64,000 bases of DNA from an uncultured Candidatus Saccharibacteria bacterium (GCA_964548205.1 CAZJPJ010000002.1:5737-69736), one strand, 5' to 3'; shown: positions 9,202 to 19,392, counted from the stretch's first letter. Notes: generated by a model from the letters alone, not told the origin. Made by a program: numbers and translations.

Positions 9202-10231
9202 TAAGCATGCTCTCTACGTATATTCTCACGTTTTCTTCGTTTGCTTCTCTATAGTGTTCAAGAATATTTTTGACCTCATTTTCTAATATGGTCTGGTCTG
9301 GTTTGAGGTTTTCTGCTTTGGCTATAGCGTTGAATATGAGTTGGATTTTTGCCTTTTTCTCACCTTGTTCTCTTAGTTCTTCTCTTAATTTACTCTCGTC
9401 TTTATTTATGTGAGATAAATACTCTTCCCATTTACCTTTCATCCTTGCTATATCATCTTTCATCTGGGCCAATGACTTTTCGACTTCGCTTACGACCAAT
9501 ATTTCTGGCAACTCAATCTCGGTGTTTTTGATAAGCTCTTCCATCAACGTCGCTCTTTGCTTATCAGCTTCTTTGTTTTTCTTCTCGTTTTTTATATTTT
9601 CTCTTACTTTGGTGCGTAGTTCTTCTAGATTGGCAAAATTGCCAGCAGCTTTCGCTAGTTCGTCATCTAGGGTAGGGAGGTTCGCTTCCTCTTCAAAATT
9701 TGGATGACTCGGGTCATCGTGACCTTTGTCTTTATTCTGATTATGCCAATCGTGGTGAGCCTTATTTTTGCGTATCTCAAATAATACATCCTCTACTTCT
9801 TTCTCCGTAACTTCTGGTTCTTCCTTATTATTTTTGTTAGCCAAATCAGTGCCTATCTTTTTGTAGTCTGGGAGTTTAAACTCTGGCAATGTGGCCACCT
9901 TTATCTTAAATTCAAGTGGGTTACCAAATGCTATCTTTGTGATGGATACATCAGGTCTACCTATAGCATCGATGTTTGCTTCAATTAGTATTTTGCCATA
10001 ATGTTCGTTTATAGCTATTTCTGCAGCTTCACTGAGTATAGTCGATTCTCCGAGTTTGCTTACGACTATATTTTCTGGAATATTTCCTTTCCTAAAACCA
10101 TCTACTGATATTGTTTCTCCAAGCTTTTTTATAGCTTTCTTGCGGGCCCCATCGAGTTCGGAGCTTTCTATAGTGCACTCTATCTCTACTTCTGATTTTG
10201 GTAACTTTTTTATTTTGAAATCGTATTTCAT
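9164..10231 (-). CDS. tig: Trigger factor (short form, apparently lacking the PPIase domain)
   Basis: N-terminal ribosome-binding domain with the GFRKGNIP signature, followed by a K/E-rich helical C-terminal arm. 355 aa with no FKBP-like segment. Confidence 0.75.
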   Translation of the reverse strand: MKYDFKIKKLPKSEVEIECTIESSELDGARKKAIKKLGETISVDGFRKGNIPENIVVSKLGESTILSEAAEIAINEHYGKILIEANIDAIGRPDVSITKIAFGNPLEFKIKVATLPEFKLPDYKKIGTDLANKNNKEEPEVTEKEVEDVLFEIRKNKAHHDWHNQNKDKGHDDPSHPNFEEEANLPTLDDELAKAAGNFANLEELRTKVRENIKNEKKNKEADKQRATLMEELIKNTEIELPEILVVSEVEKSLAQMKDDIARMKGKWEEYLSHINKDESKLREELREQGEKKAKIQLIFNAIAKAENLKPDQTILENEVKNILEHYREANEENVRIYVESMLINQEVLRLLEQQ

Positions 10232-10276
10232 GGTAGGGGGAGTTTAGCTAAACAGCGGATAATTTGCAACAAGCCA

Positions 10277-10378
10277 ATCAGAAAACAGCTTCGAGCAAGC
10301 CTTGCGAACGCGACGACGTGAGCACGAGCAAATTTTCAGCAGAAAATTATGCGTGCGAGCGAGAAGCTGTTTTCTGAT
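10277..10378. repeat. 102-bp GC-rich element bounded by perfect 16-bp terminal inverted repeats (MITE-like / long structured hairpin)
   Basis: atcagaaaacagcttc at 10277-10292 and its exact reverse complement gaagctgttttctgat at 10363-10378. The interior holds nested short inverted repeats (cgtg-agc-cacg, aattttc...gaaaatt). It sits in the tig 5' intergenic region. Confidence 0.5.
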
Positions 10379-10385
10379 CGAAGTT

Positions 10386-10694
10386 TTATTGTAGTTCTGC
10401 TTCTATGACTGCGGCACCTTGGTCTAGGTTGTTGAAATCGCTCGCATTTAGGTCTGCTTCGATTGATCCTAGATCATCATTCTCGCTTTGCATGTTTAGA
10501 GATTCAACCACCGAGTCATTTTGTGGGCCTGCCTGTTCATTGCTAACTCTGTTTTTCAAGAAATACAGGCCACCGATAATGATGAGAGCGAGTATGATAA
10601 TGACAGCTAAGAGTGGACCCATGCTTTTTTTATTCTGATCTACAGACATACTACTCACTGGTGGCATTTGGTTTGGATTCATATTGTTGTCCAT
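10386..10694 (-). CDS. Hypothetical small membrane-anchored protein
   Basis: Single TM segment LLAVIIILALIIIGGLYFL, Pro/Asn-rich N-terminus and an acidic C-terminus. No homology recognised. Confidence 0.45.
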   Translation of the reverse strand: MDNNMNPNQMPPVSSMSVDQNKKSMGPLLAVIIILALIIIGGLYFLKNRVSNEQAGPQNDSVVESLNMQSENDDLGSIEADLNASDFNNLDQGAAVIEAELQ

Positions 10695-10716
10695 TTTTTT
10701 ATATTCTTAATCTTAA

Positions 10717-11463
10717 TTAATTGTCTGAAGAATTGTTGTCTTCTGATGAAGAGCTGTCATCACTATTGTTGGTGTCGCTGTTAGAAGGATTGTCAGCGTT
10801 CTCTTCTGCTACTTTTTTCATGCTGTTTATTACATCTACAAGTCCAGCATGTGCTTCTTTGATACTCTCTTTTGCTACGTTAGCTACTTCTTTCAGTTCT
10901 GGATAAAGTGCTCTGACGTCTCCAGCGAGTACCTCTCGCGCTTTATTTTCTAGATCGTTGACGCTTTGCTTTGCTTTTTCTATTAGTTCTTGAGCTGAAG
11001 CAAGCTTGTCTCTACTCTCGGTCATATCTAGACCTCGCTCTTCCATCTTTGCGATTCTAGAATCGATTCTCTCAGACAATTTTTCCAATCTTTCTATTGC
11101 AGCATTGTATCTCTTGCTTAACTGGTCTACGAATTTTTGCAACCTTTCGGCTACCTTTTCAGATATTTCAGCCTTTCTTTCTTCTACTTTTTCTTTTAAT
11201 TCTTCTCTCTTTTCCTCCACCTTTTGTCTGATGGTATCTTTTCTGTCCTCAATTTTTCCTTCCATTTCGGTACGCTTTTGTTCCATCTCTGCTGCTCGAT
11301 CTTCTTGTCTATCCATCATCTCTTGCTTCCTTTCCTCGACTTTTTCCATCCTGTCGTTCATCCTATCTTCAATTCTTGTAGTATCCGAATCTTGCGCATG
11401 AGACACCAAAGGTATTGCAAGGCTCATTGCAAGTGTGGTGATTAATAATCTTTTAGCTTTCAT
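10717..11463 (-). CDS. Hypothetical secreted coiled-coil repeat protein
   Basis: Signal peptide MKAKRLLITTLAMSLAIPLVSHA. The body has iterated E/R/K heptad-like repeats (EDR..E.MEQKRTEMEGKIEDRKD...). The C-terminal tail is S/D/N low complexity. Confidence 0.5.
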   Translation of the reverse strand: MKAKRLLITTLAMSLAIPLVSHAQDSDTTRIEDRMNDRMEKVEERKQEMMDRQEDRAAEMEQKRTEMEGKIEDRKDTIRQKVEEKREELKEKVEERKAEISEKVAERLQKFVDQLSKRYNAAIERLEKLSERIDSRIAKMEERGLDMTESRDKLASAQELIEKAKQSVNDLENKAREVLAGDVRALYPELKEVANVAKESIKEAHAGLVDVINSMKKVAEENADNPSNSDTNNSDDSSSSEDNNSSDN

Positions 11464-11531
11464 TTTTTCTTAAGGTTAATTCTAAGAGCCAGAAAAGTAA
11501 TCTGGTTTGTTAGATTATACACCTTATGAAG

Positions 11532-12056
11532 TTATTTGCCGAATTTTTTTGTGTAGAGTTCCAGACCTTCTTCAAAAGCCTTTTGGGCCTCTTCTTTTCC
11601 TTTAAACCCCCTTACCTCCACCTCCTTTTGTTGTAGTTTTTTGTAGGTCGAGTAAAAGTGCTCGATTTCCTTCAGGGTATGTTTGTTTATATCTGCAAGA
11701 TCTTTCGTGTCTTCCCATCTTGGGTCGTCTACTGGTACTGCTATTATCTTGTCGTCACCTTCTCCAGAATCAATCATGTTCATTATAGCAATGGGTCGCG
11801 CTCTAACTAAGATGCCCGGCTGTAGGGGGTATGTTGTCAGTAGTATAACGTCCAGAGGATCTTCGTCATGCCACAGACTTTTTGGTACAAAACCGTAGTC
11901 AAAAGGAAAATCTTGGGCTGTGTGTGCCACTCTATCAAGTGCTATTAGGCCAGTCTTTTTGTCTATCTCGTATTTGTTTTTGGAGCCTTTATTGATCTCG
12001 ATGATGACGTTCATCTCATCTTTGGATCCTGATTCCACTTCGTGCCACAAGTTCAT
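11532..12056 (-). CDS. ppa: Inorganic pyrophosphatase (family I)
   Basis: IEINKGSKNKYEID, DYGFVP and DPLDVIL motifs of soluble PPase. Confidence 0.85.
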   Translation of the reverse strand: MNLWHEVESGSKDEMNVIIEINKGSKNKYEIDKKTGLIALDRVAHTAQDFPFDYGFVPKSLWHDEDPLDVILLTTYPLQPGILVRARPIAIMNMIDSGEGDDKIIAVPVDDPRWEDTKDLADINKHTLKEIEHFYSTYKKLQQKEVEVRGFKGKEEAQKAFEEGLELYTKKFGK

Positions 12057-12183
12057 AAGTTAGTTAAAAGTTAAAAGTTTTTAAAGTTATACAAGTCTGG
12101 TTATTTTAATCCAAAGAATGGACTATTTCAATGTCGCTATTTTATCACATTTCCTAACGAGGTTTATGTTTTCACTCTTCTCC

Positions 12184-13317
12184 CTATGCGCTACCCAAGT
12201 CTTCTCCTTTGACTGAGCTTATGTCGATACGCCAACCTGTTAGCTTGGCTGCCAAGCGTACATTTTGTCCTCCCTTACCTATAGCTAAAGACTGCTGGTC
12301 TTCGGCTACTACTACACTTGCTTGTTTGTCTTCTTCTTTTATATCTACAGATACTATTTTTGCTGGAGAAAGTGCTGCCTCTATAAACTCTACTGGGTCT
12401 TCTGAATATTCTATACAGTCTATCTTCTCACCTCCAAGCTCACTGGTGACTGTGGCTACACGTACGCCTCTTTGACCAACAAGAGAGCCTACTGGGTCGA
12501 TATAAGCATCATTTGTAGATACTGCCACCTTTGATCTAGAACCAGCCTCTCTGGCTATAGCTCTTATTTCTATTGTGCCGTTAGCTAATTCCGGAGCTTC
12601 ATTTTCAAACAGAGCAGCCAAAAAGCGGGGATGCGAACGAGAAAGTCTTAGCATCACACCTTTCGGACCATCTTCTACTCTGTATAGATAGGCTCTGACT
12701 CTCTCTCCTTGGCTAAACCTCTCACCTGGTATTTGTTCGTCATAAGACAATATACCTACAGCTCTCCCTATGTCTACAAAAACATTACCCCTTTCTATGC
12801 GCTGGACGAAGCCAGATACTATCTCTCCTTCTTTGCTGCCAAATTCTTTTAAAACAGAACCTCTTTCTGCTTCACGGATTTTTTGCATGATAACCTGTTT
12901 TGCAGTCTGGGAAGCTATGCGGCCATAGTCGCCCTTGTCTTCAAGAGGGAAGTTTATCTCATCACCGACTTCTGCATCTCTTTTGATTTTCTTCGCATCT
13001 TCTATGAGTATGTGATGTTCGCTATTGTAAAGCACTCTTTCGTCTCCAGATTCCTCGGCATCTTCTACTGCTTTTTCCATTTCGCTACGGTCCATGAATA
13101 CCTTGGTATCATCCACCACTATCTTTACTTGCTCCATCTCTACTTGGCCGGAGTTTTTGTCAAAATGGGCTCTTATTATCTGCCCCTTCTTGCCATATTC
13201 CTTCTTGTAAGCGGTAGCCAATGCAAGTTCGATCGCCTCGAGAACACTTTCTCGGGGTATGCCACGCTCTTCTTCTAGTTGGTCCAGAACAGAATTTATA
13301 ACTTTGAGGTCAAACAT
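12184..13317 (-). CDS. nusA: Transcription termination/antitermination factor NusA
   Basis: N-terminal domain, S1 domain (GEIVSGFVQRIERGNVFVDIG) and tandem KH domains (LAIGKGGQNVRLAAKLTGWRIDI). Confidence 0.9.
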   Translation of the reverse strand: MFDLKVINSVLDQLEEERGIPRESVLEAIELALATAYKKEYGKKGQIIRAHFDKNSGQVEMEQVKIVVDDTKVFMDRSEMEKAVEDAEESGDERVLYNSEHHILIEDAKKIKRDAEVGDEINFPLEDKGDYGRIASQTAKQVIMQKIREAERGSVLKEFGSKEGEIVSGFVQRIERGNVFVDIGRAVGILSYDEQIPGERFSQGERVRAYLYRVEDGPKGVMLRLSRSHPRFLAALFENEAPELANGTIEIRAIAREAGSRSKVAVSTNDAYIDPVGSLVGQRGVRVATVTSELGGEKIDCIEYSEDPVEFIEAALSPAKIVSVDIKEEDKQASVVVAEDQQSLAIGKGGQNVRLAAKLTGWRIDISSVKGEDLGSA

Positions 13318-13488
13318 ATTGGTAAATTAAAATTAAAGACTAAAAATTTAATGAATAAAATTTAAAGATTTGTTAAGAATAATCTCTATACTTAAACAAG
13401 AAAGCCCGCTTTCGGGCGGACTCTCGATCATTCAGTATTAAAGCCATTATATTCTTTTGTACGCATTTTGTCAACTCACACTTTTGGA

Positions 13489-13517
13489 TTGATAAAAATG
13501 TTGTGAGCCCTTAAAAT
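13489..13517 (+). promoter_or_regulatory. Sigma70-like promoter for the giant ORF: TTGATA, 17-nt spacer, TAAAAT. The transcript is probably near-leaderless
   Basis: The -35 and -10 hexamers have canonical spacing. The ATG at 13525 lies ~8 nt after the -10 element with no Shine-Dalgarno upstream. Confidence 0.35.
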
Positions 13518-13524
13518 TTGTTAT

Positions 13525-16500
13525 ATGAGTAATCCAGGGTTGGAAATTGATAAAGGAATCAAAAGGTCCCCGGTAGATAGTTTGAGGTCTTTTGTAACCG
13601 ATCATGGGTATAAGGTTGAGTTCAATAGTGAGTTTTCAAACCTTGGCGCTGAAGAAAAGAACAGAGTTGCCGATATTTGGTTAGATTATCTAAGCAGTTT
13701 ATCAGAAGATGGTTTAAAAAGTTTTTTCTCTGGCCGTCAAGATAACATGCAAGTTATATCCGCCGACACTACTTACATTACACATCAATTAAGTGATGGC
13801 GATACTGCTGAGACAGAACCAACAAGGAGAATCACTTTTGGTTTAAACCCAGATTTTAAAAGAATATCAGATTTGTTAAATAGTTTAGATATAGGATGGA
13901 ACACTTCGGATAGTTTTGCTTTAATGAATGATCGAGCAAGAAAGAGAATATTAAGGGAAGTTGCTGATCGCTTGACCGAAAATTCTGATTCAGATTTGGT
14001 TGTGGCTCTTGGTGAGTTAAAGAAAAGAGAAGTGAGTATAATGTTGGCTCCAAATTCTCCCGGTGGTCACAATGGGGTGTCTTTGTCTGAAGATGGAAAA
14101 ATTTTAAATATAGCCAACCATTTTTTTACCGGTGCGGATATTTTAAGAGCTCTTGGTTTGGGCAATTTGATTAGTGTCAAGCAAGAGAAAAAGCAGGAAC
14201 AAGATGCAGAAATAAAAGGTCTAAAACTAGACATTTATCAGAAATTAGCGGGTGTAAATGTAGAGTATGGTCTTGAAGGAGATGAATTGGCAGAAGGTCT
14301 TCATAATTTTCTTAAGGTACTCAAAACCTATAGTTTATCTGAGTTGCAGACGATAAAAGAAAGATTTTCCAATATCTTGATAACAAAAGGTGTAGATATG
14401 TATTCTGATCTTGATTTGTTATTAAGAAAAGAAAGACAGGGTAGTTTGAGAGTTGATGCAACCCTTCCTTTCGAGGCTTTGAAACGGAACATAGATATTT
14501 TGGTCAATCCACTTCTTTTGTCAGATGATGTGCCAAGTCCTGATATTCCTGTACCGGAAATAGATGCTGAGGATGCAAATCCAGATCCATTTAAGGAGGG
14601 CGTGTTCGATCAATCTGAAGAAGTCAAAACTGGTATCGAAAAATTTAAACAAGATCTTTTTGAAGCAAGTAAAGATCTGGCGCGAGCCGAGTTTGATTTT
14701 AATAAGAGTAAAAGTCCCGAGGATAGAGAAAAAATGGATGAAGCCCAGACAAGATTGTACCAAAAAAGAGCGGAACTTGACCAAGAGGTTTTGAAAAATG
14801 TTAGTTCTAGAGCCAAAGATGAAAACATCGACGGTGCTAATTTGCAGGATGTAGATATAAAAATCGGATCTATATATAGGCGTATACAGATGGAGATATT
14901 GGCAGAAGAAAGAAGAGTCTTTCTAGACGAATACAGAAGTTATAGTGAACAAAATAGAGAAAGGGGAGCCAAAGATTGGCTTATAGAAAAAGCCAAAAAA
15001 GCCTTAGGTATAAAGGGGGTACAGTGGTATCTGGGTCTAAACAAATACAAGAGGACTGCTATAAATGTTGCCATATTTAGTACTGCTGTGACTGTAGGTA
15101 CTTTTGCTACGGGAATTGGGGCTGTAGCGGCTGCGGGCACAGGAGTTTCTATGGGAGCAATCAGAGGGGTCAGAGCTTTAGGAGCTTTGGGGACGGGGTA
15201 CCTTACTAACTCTCAGGTAGAGAAGAGAGGTATTAAAACACTAAATATCCTGTCTAAAGATGCTATAGATACTCTAGAAAAAGAAGAAAGAGAAAAAATA
15301 GAAAATTCAGGTATGGATATAAATGCAAAAGCAAAAGCTTATGAAGAGTTAGAGAGACGTCTTACAAGTGAAAAGAAAAAACTGAATATATCAAAGATAG
15401 TCGCAACTCTTGCAGGTGGTGTAGGTGGAGGTGTGGGTACTGGTCTGTTGCTAGATGCGTTTTACGGAGGAACAGGAAGTTCTTCTTTGCTGAACAATCG
15501 TTCTGGTCGCGCTTCTTTTGATCCCTCTTCTCAAAATGGAAGAAATTCTTTAACAGGATTATCGCCAAAGTCTCAAGACCAGATCCCTGTTGCGGGCAAA
15601 GGTGTTACAGAAGAGGTTGTCAAACCTATAGAACTTGTACCTCCTGCACAAGAGATGATGCCGCAGGTTGCTATACAGGAAATGTTTGGAAATACTGAAG
15701 CGGTGAAGCATATAGTGGAAGCTGGAGATTCTCAATGGAAACTTCTCGAAAAGACTCTTGAAAACTATGACAAATACAAACAGCTCTCTTCTGGAGAGGG
15801 GCAAAGTGCAAATGCTGTACTGGAGGCAAAGAGAACCTATGTAATCTCAATGCTAAATCAGGAGATTCAAAAAGACCCTTCTCAATATGGAGTAGATGCT
15901 GATGGGCTAAAGGTTGGCGATAAAGTTGATTATACAAAGTTGTTTGAAAACAAAGCTTTAGTGGATAGGGCTATAAATGAAGCAGAAAATCTAAAACCAA
16001 ATCAGATAGAGAATATTATTAAGAATAATGCTCAAGTAAAAAATTGGGTAGAAAAGCATTCCGGAGAAGCTCTTGATGAGAGTAAGGTAAGCGAAATTAT
16101 TTCTAACGACACTTCTAAGACTTCTGGGGGTATAAAATCACTATATACAGAATCCAGTGGTTCTACGGGCGCTGAAGGTGTTGATAATGAAGATGTGAAT
16201 GCTCGTGAGAGCACCACAGTTGCCCCAGATAAGGGGGGAGTAGAAGAAGTTGCAACTCCACAAGCAGCGGGTGCCAATGCGACGAAAGAAGCTGCTAAAG
16301 AAGTAGAGTTGCTCAAGAACAGTGAATACTTTGATGTATACAAGAAAGATATTGGTGAATCGTTGGTCCAATTCTTAGAATTAAAGGAACAAATCTTAAA
16401 ATTGGATTTACCGCAAAATGTTTCTAAGAATCTTGTAGCAAAAATTGATTACCTAACAAACAGTATAGAGGTTTTAAAAGAAAACCTGAATACATTGACG

Positions 16501-17223
16501 ACAGAATCGTATAATCAGCAAATTGAAAACATAGCAAATGAGTATGAACAACTTATCAATGAAGCTCGCAAGGCTATATCTGACGAAACTAAGTCAAGAG
16601 GTCTAATGGAAGATTTATCTAATGAAAAAAGATTACTTGCCAATCTAATAGACAATAAAAAGCCTAGTGTTGGTAACAGCGGTTTAGATGAGCAGAGAAA
16701 TATGATTCACAATGAAATAGCTGCTGCAAAGGAGAGATTGGTCGCTTTGCAATCACAGACTAAAGACAATGTAGTAGAGATGCCGACGAGGAATGCAAAT
16801 CTTGAGAGGACTATGTATGGAGATATTAGTGATATAGAAAGAATAGGAAAAACATTTGAACAAGAATTTAGAAATATATATGACCAAAATGGTTGGTTGA
16901 GACGTACGTCTGGAATTGATACTAAGGAGGGCCGATGGATGCTCTCTCAGAATTTTGACAAGATTTTGAAATTTGCCACAACTGGTGATGCACAAAAATC
17001 TGGATTGGCAGCTGAAGCTATAAACACCATATCTGGATCTCCCAAACATCAAGCTTTTCTTAATGAGATAAGAGATTTGCATAGTATGGCAAAAGAAAAT
17101 GGTATTGCAATAACAGTAGCCCCCAACACTGGTGTTCGAGAAGGTATGATGAAGTTGGTCGAATCTATTATGAGATTCCAAAATAACGCATCAGCTACAA
17201 ATGTGTTGCCTAAAGTGGCATAA
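13525..17223 (+). CDS. Giant hypothetical membrane protein of 1232 aa with no recognisable domains
   Basis: Uninterrupted 3.7-kb ORF. Central Gly/Ala-rich hydrophobic segments (AINVAIFSTAVTVGTFATGIGAVAAAGTGVSMGAI; IVATLAGGVGGGVGTGLLL). Long predicted coiled-coil regions on both sides and a Ser/Gly-rich linker. Confidence 0.6.
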   Translation: MSNPGLEIDKGIKRSPVDSLRSFVTDHGYKVEFNSEFSNLGAEEKNRVADIWLDYLSSLSEDGLKSFFSGRQDNMQVISADTTYITHQLSDGDTAETEPTRRITFGLNPDFKRISDLLNSLDIGWNTSDSFALMNDRARKRILREVADRLTENSDSDLVVALGELKKREVSIMLAPNSPGGHNGVSLSEDGKILNIANHFFTGADILRALGLGNLISVKQEKKQEQDAEIKGLKLDIYQKLAGVNVEYGLEGDELAEGLHNFLKVLKTYSLSELQTIKERFSNILITKGVDMYSDLDLLLRKERQGSLRVDATLPFEALKRNIDILVNPLLLSDDVPSPDIPVPEIDAEDANPDPFKEGVFDQSEEVKTGIEKFKQDLFEASKDLARAEFDFNKSKSPEDREKMDEAQTRLYQKRAELDQEVLKNVSSRAKDENIDGANLQDVDIKIGSIYRRIQMEILAEERRVFLDEYRSYSEQNRERGAKDWLIEKAKKALGIKGVQWYLGLNKYKRTAINVAIFSTAVTVGTFATGIGAVAAAGTGVSMGAIRGVRALGALGTGYLTNSQVEKRGIKTLNILSKDAIDTLEKEEREKIENSGMDINAKAKAYEELERRLTSEKKKLNISKIVATLAGGVGGGVGTGLLLDAFYGGTGSSSLLNNRSGRASFDPSSQNGRNSLTGLSPKSQDQIPVAGKGVTEEVVKPIELVPPAQEMMPQVAIQEMFGNTEAVKHIVEAGDSQWKLLEKTLENYDKYKQLSSGEGQSANAVLEAKRTYVISMLNQEIQKDPSQYGVDADGLKVGDKVDYTKLFENKALVDRAINEAENLKPNQIENIIKNNAQVKNWVEKHSGEALDESKVSEIISNDTSKTSGGIKSLYTESSGSTGAEGVDNEDVNARESTTVAPDKGGVEEVATPQAAGANATKEAAKEVELLKNSEYFDVYKKDIGESLVQFLELKEQILKLDLPQNVSKNLVAKIDYLTNSIEVLKENLNTLTTESYNQQIENIANEYEQLINEARKAISDETKSRGLMEDLSNEKRLLANLIDNKKPSVGNSGLDEQRNMIHNEIAAAKERLVALQSQTKDNVVEMPTRNANLERTMYGDISDIERIGKTFEQEFRNIYDQNGWLRRTSGIDTKEGRWMLSQNFDKILKFATTGDAQKSGLAAEAINTISGSPKHQAFLNEIRDLHSMAKENGIAITVAPNTGVREGMMKLVESIMRFQNNASATNVLPKVA

Positions 17224-17243
17224 TAAATAAAACCAAAGATAAA

Positions 17244-17543
17244 ATGGATGAGAATTTAAAGAAAAAATTGATAGAGGATTTCAACCTAAGCAAGATGAGC
17301 AAAGGCGAGCAAGAAGAGATGATAGATAAGATAGGCACTATGCTCTTTGAAGCAGTGCTCGAGCGTTCGCTCGATGATATGGACGAAGATACTCTCTATA
17401 AGTTTGAAAATGAGCTCTCTGACCCTAAGGGTGATTATGACATCGTTATCGCATTTCTAAAGAAGAATGTTAAAGACTTCAATGACATCGTCTCAACTGA
17501 GATGGCTCGCCTCAAACGCGCCACTGCCGGCATTTTTGCATAA
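17244..17543 (+). CDS. Hypothetical small acidic helical protein
   Basis: 99-aa ORF starting 20 nt after the giant ORF. No family recognised. Confidence 0.45.
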   Translation: MDENLKKKLIEDFNLSKMSKGEQEEMIDKIGTMLFEAVLERSLDDMDEDTLYKFENELSDPKGDYDIVIAFLKKNVKDFNDIVSTEMARLKRATAGIFA

Positions 17544-17575
17544 TATACAGGGCTCTGTACGCCTTCTGTACCTAT

Positions 17576-17604
17576 TTGACTAGGTATTTATCATTTGATA
17601 CAAT
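17576..17604 (+). promoter_or_regulatory. Sigma70-like promoter upstream of tuf: TTGACT, 17-nt spacer, TACAAT
   Basis: Near-consensus hexamers with optimal spacing ~110 nt upstream of the tuf ATG. Confidence 0.45.
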
Positions 17605-17716
17605 GTCGCTACTCGAAATTAAGCGGCTTTTTTATGCTCAACAAGACTTTTTAAGCTTTTGGAGAGCTAAGGCTGGTCGCAAAATTATTTAATAATAGAA
17701 TTTTAACAAAAATATT

Positions 17717-18916
17717 ATGGCAGAATTTGATCGAAGCAAGCCACACGTAAACGTAGGTACCATAGGCCACGTTGACCATGGTAAGACAACACTCACAGCT
17801 TCTATACTTCGCACACTTGACCTAAACAAGGATAAGGGTTTTGGTGCTAGAGTAGAAGCGGTTGACAGTATTGACAATGCTCCAGAAGAAAAGGCAAGAG
17901 GGATAACCATTGCTCTTCACCACAGCGAATACTGGACACCAGATAGACACTATGCTCACATCGATGCTCCAGGTCACGCCGACTACATAAAGAACATGAT
18001 CACTGGTGCTGCTCAGATGGACGGTGCAGTACTTGTAGTAGCTGCTACAGATGGTGTGATGCCTCAGACAAGAGAGCACATCTTGCTCGCAAAGCAGGTG
18101 GGTGTACCTAAGATCATTGTTTTCCTAAACAAGTGTGACATGGTGCCTGACAACGACCTTATCGACCTAGTGGAAGAAGAAGTAAGAGAGCTTTTGACTA
18201 AAAACGGATACGATGGTGCAGGTACTCCTGTCATAAGAGGTTCTGGTCTAAAGGCTCTAGAAGCAACAAGTGCAGATGACGAATGGTCACAAAAAGTATT
18301 AGAACTTGTAAAGACTCTTGATAGCTATATCCCAATGCCAGAGCGTGATACAGAAAAGCCATTTCTTATGCCTATTGAAGACATATTCTCTATCGAAGGA
18401 AGAGGTACTGTGGTCACAGGTAAGATAGAACGCGGTATCGTAAAGGTAGGTGAAGAAGTAGAAATAATCGGTCTTAAGGACGCTCAGAAGACTACAGTTA
18501 CAGGTATAGAAATGTTCAACAAGAATCTTCAGGAAGGTCAGGCTGGAGACAACGCTGGTATCTTGCTCCGTGGTCTTAAGAAAGAAGATGTCCACCGAGG
18601 TCAGGTTATCGCAAAGACTGGCAGTGTTACACCACATACAGATTTTGAAGCAGAAGTGTATATCCTCAAGAAGGAAGAAGGTGGTAGACACACCCCGTTC
18701 TTTACTGGCTACAAACCACAATTTTACATACGAACTACTGATGTAACGGGTGAAGTGACTTTGAAGGAAGGTGTAGAAATGGTTATGCCTGGAGACACTG
18801 CTCAGTTTAAGGTAAAGCTTGTAGCTCCTGTAGCTCTAGAAGAGAAGCAAAAGTTTGCTATCCGCGAGGGTGGCAAGACAGTTGGAGCCGGTGTAGTAAC
18901 AAAAATCGTAGCATAA
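17717..18916 (+). CDS. tuf: Elongation factor Tu
   Basis: [18 protein letters not shown] and NKCD GTPase motifs. 399 aa. Confidence 0.97.
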   Translation: MAEFDRSKPHVNVGTIGHVDHGKTTLTASILRTLDLNKDKGFGARVEAVDSIDNAPEEKARGITIALHHSEYWTPDRHYAHIDAPGHADYIKNMITGAAQMDGAVLVVAATDGVMPQTREHILLAKQVGVPKIIVFLNKCDMVPDNDLIDLVEEEVRELLTKNGYDGAGTPVIRGSGLKALEATSADDEWSQKVLELVKTLDSYIPMPERDTEKPFLMPIEDIFSIEGRGTVVTGKIERGIVKVGEEVEIIGLKDAQKTTVTGIEMFNKNLQEGQAGDNAGILLRGLKKEDVHRGQVIAKTGSVTPHTDFEAEVYILKKEEGGRHTPFFTGYKPQFYIRTTDVTGEVTLKEGVEMVMPGDTAQFKVKLVAPVALEEKQKFAIREGGKTVGAGVVTKIVA

Positions 18917-18931
18917 TCTAAGACAAAAAAG

Positions 18932-19300
18932 ATGGCAGAAGGTACATTAAAAACAGAAAAGAAAACAAAAAAAGGGGCAAGGAAGGACGACGTCATTTCT
19001 AAGCTTAGAATAAGAGTAAAGGCTTATGAATACAAAGTTCTTGATTTGTCTGTAAAGCAGATCATAGATACTGCGCTTCGTTATGATGCTCAGATTGTAG
19101 GCCCCGTGCCTCTGCCAATAGAGATAAAGAAATACACTGTAAACAGGTCTCCGTTTGTTTACAAAAATGCTAGAGAACAGTTTGAGATGAGGGTCCACAG
19201 AAGGGTTATTGATATAATAAATCCGTCCCCTAAAATCATGGAATCTCTGACAAATTTATCTCTACCAAGTGGTGTCTCTATAGATGTGAAGATTATATAG
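18932..19300 (+). CDS. rpsJ: 30S ribosomal protein S10 (with an N-terminal basic extension)
   Basis: RIRVKAYEYKVLD...GPVPLP...SPFVYKNAREQFEMRVHRRVIDI matches S10. Confidence 0.9.
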   Translation: MAEGTLKTEKKTKKGARKDDVISKLRIRVKAYEYKVLDLSVKQIIDTALRYDAQIVGPVPLPIEIKKYTVNRSPFVYKNAREQFEMRVHRRVIDIINPSPKIMESLTNLSLPSGVSIDVKII

Positions 19301-19348
19301 TCAAAAGTTAGAAAGGGGAAAGTTAAAAAGGAATAAGTTTCATTTAAA

Positions 19349-19383
19349 CCAAAAAGCCCTAAGCATGTTGAAGGGCTTTTTGG
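19349..19383 (+). terminator. Intrinsic terminator/attenuator-like hairpin between rpsJ and rplC
   Basis: aaaaagccct, an 11-nt loop, agggcttttt, then ggtt. GC stem with a flanking T-run. Confidence 0.45.
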
Positions 19384-19392
19384 TTGGGGTGC

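Noticed and set aside
13856-16371. Multiple 60-100-aa antisense or out-of-frame ORFs inside the giant gene, and similar ones inside rny (6122-6373, 6734-7525)
   Set aside because: All are embedded in long, continuous, better-supported ORFs on the other strand or frame, and have low-complexity translations.
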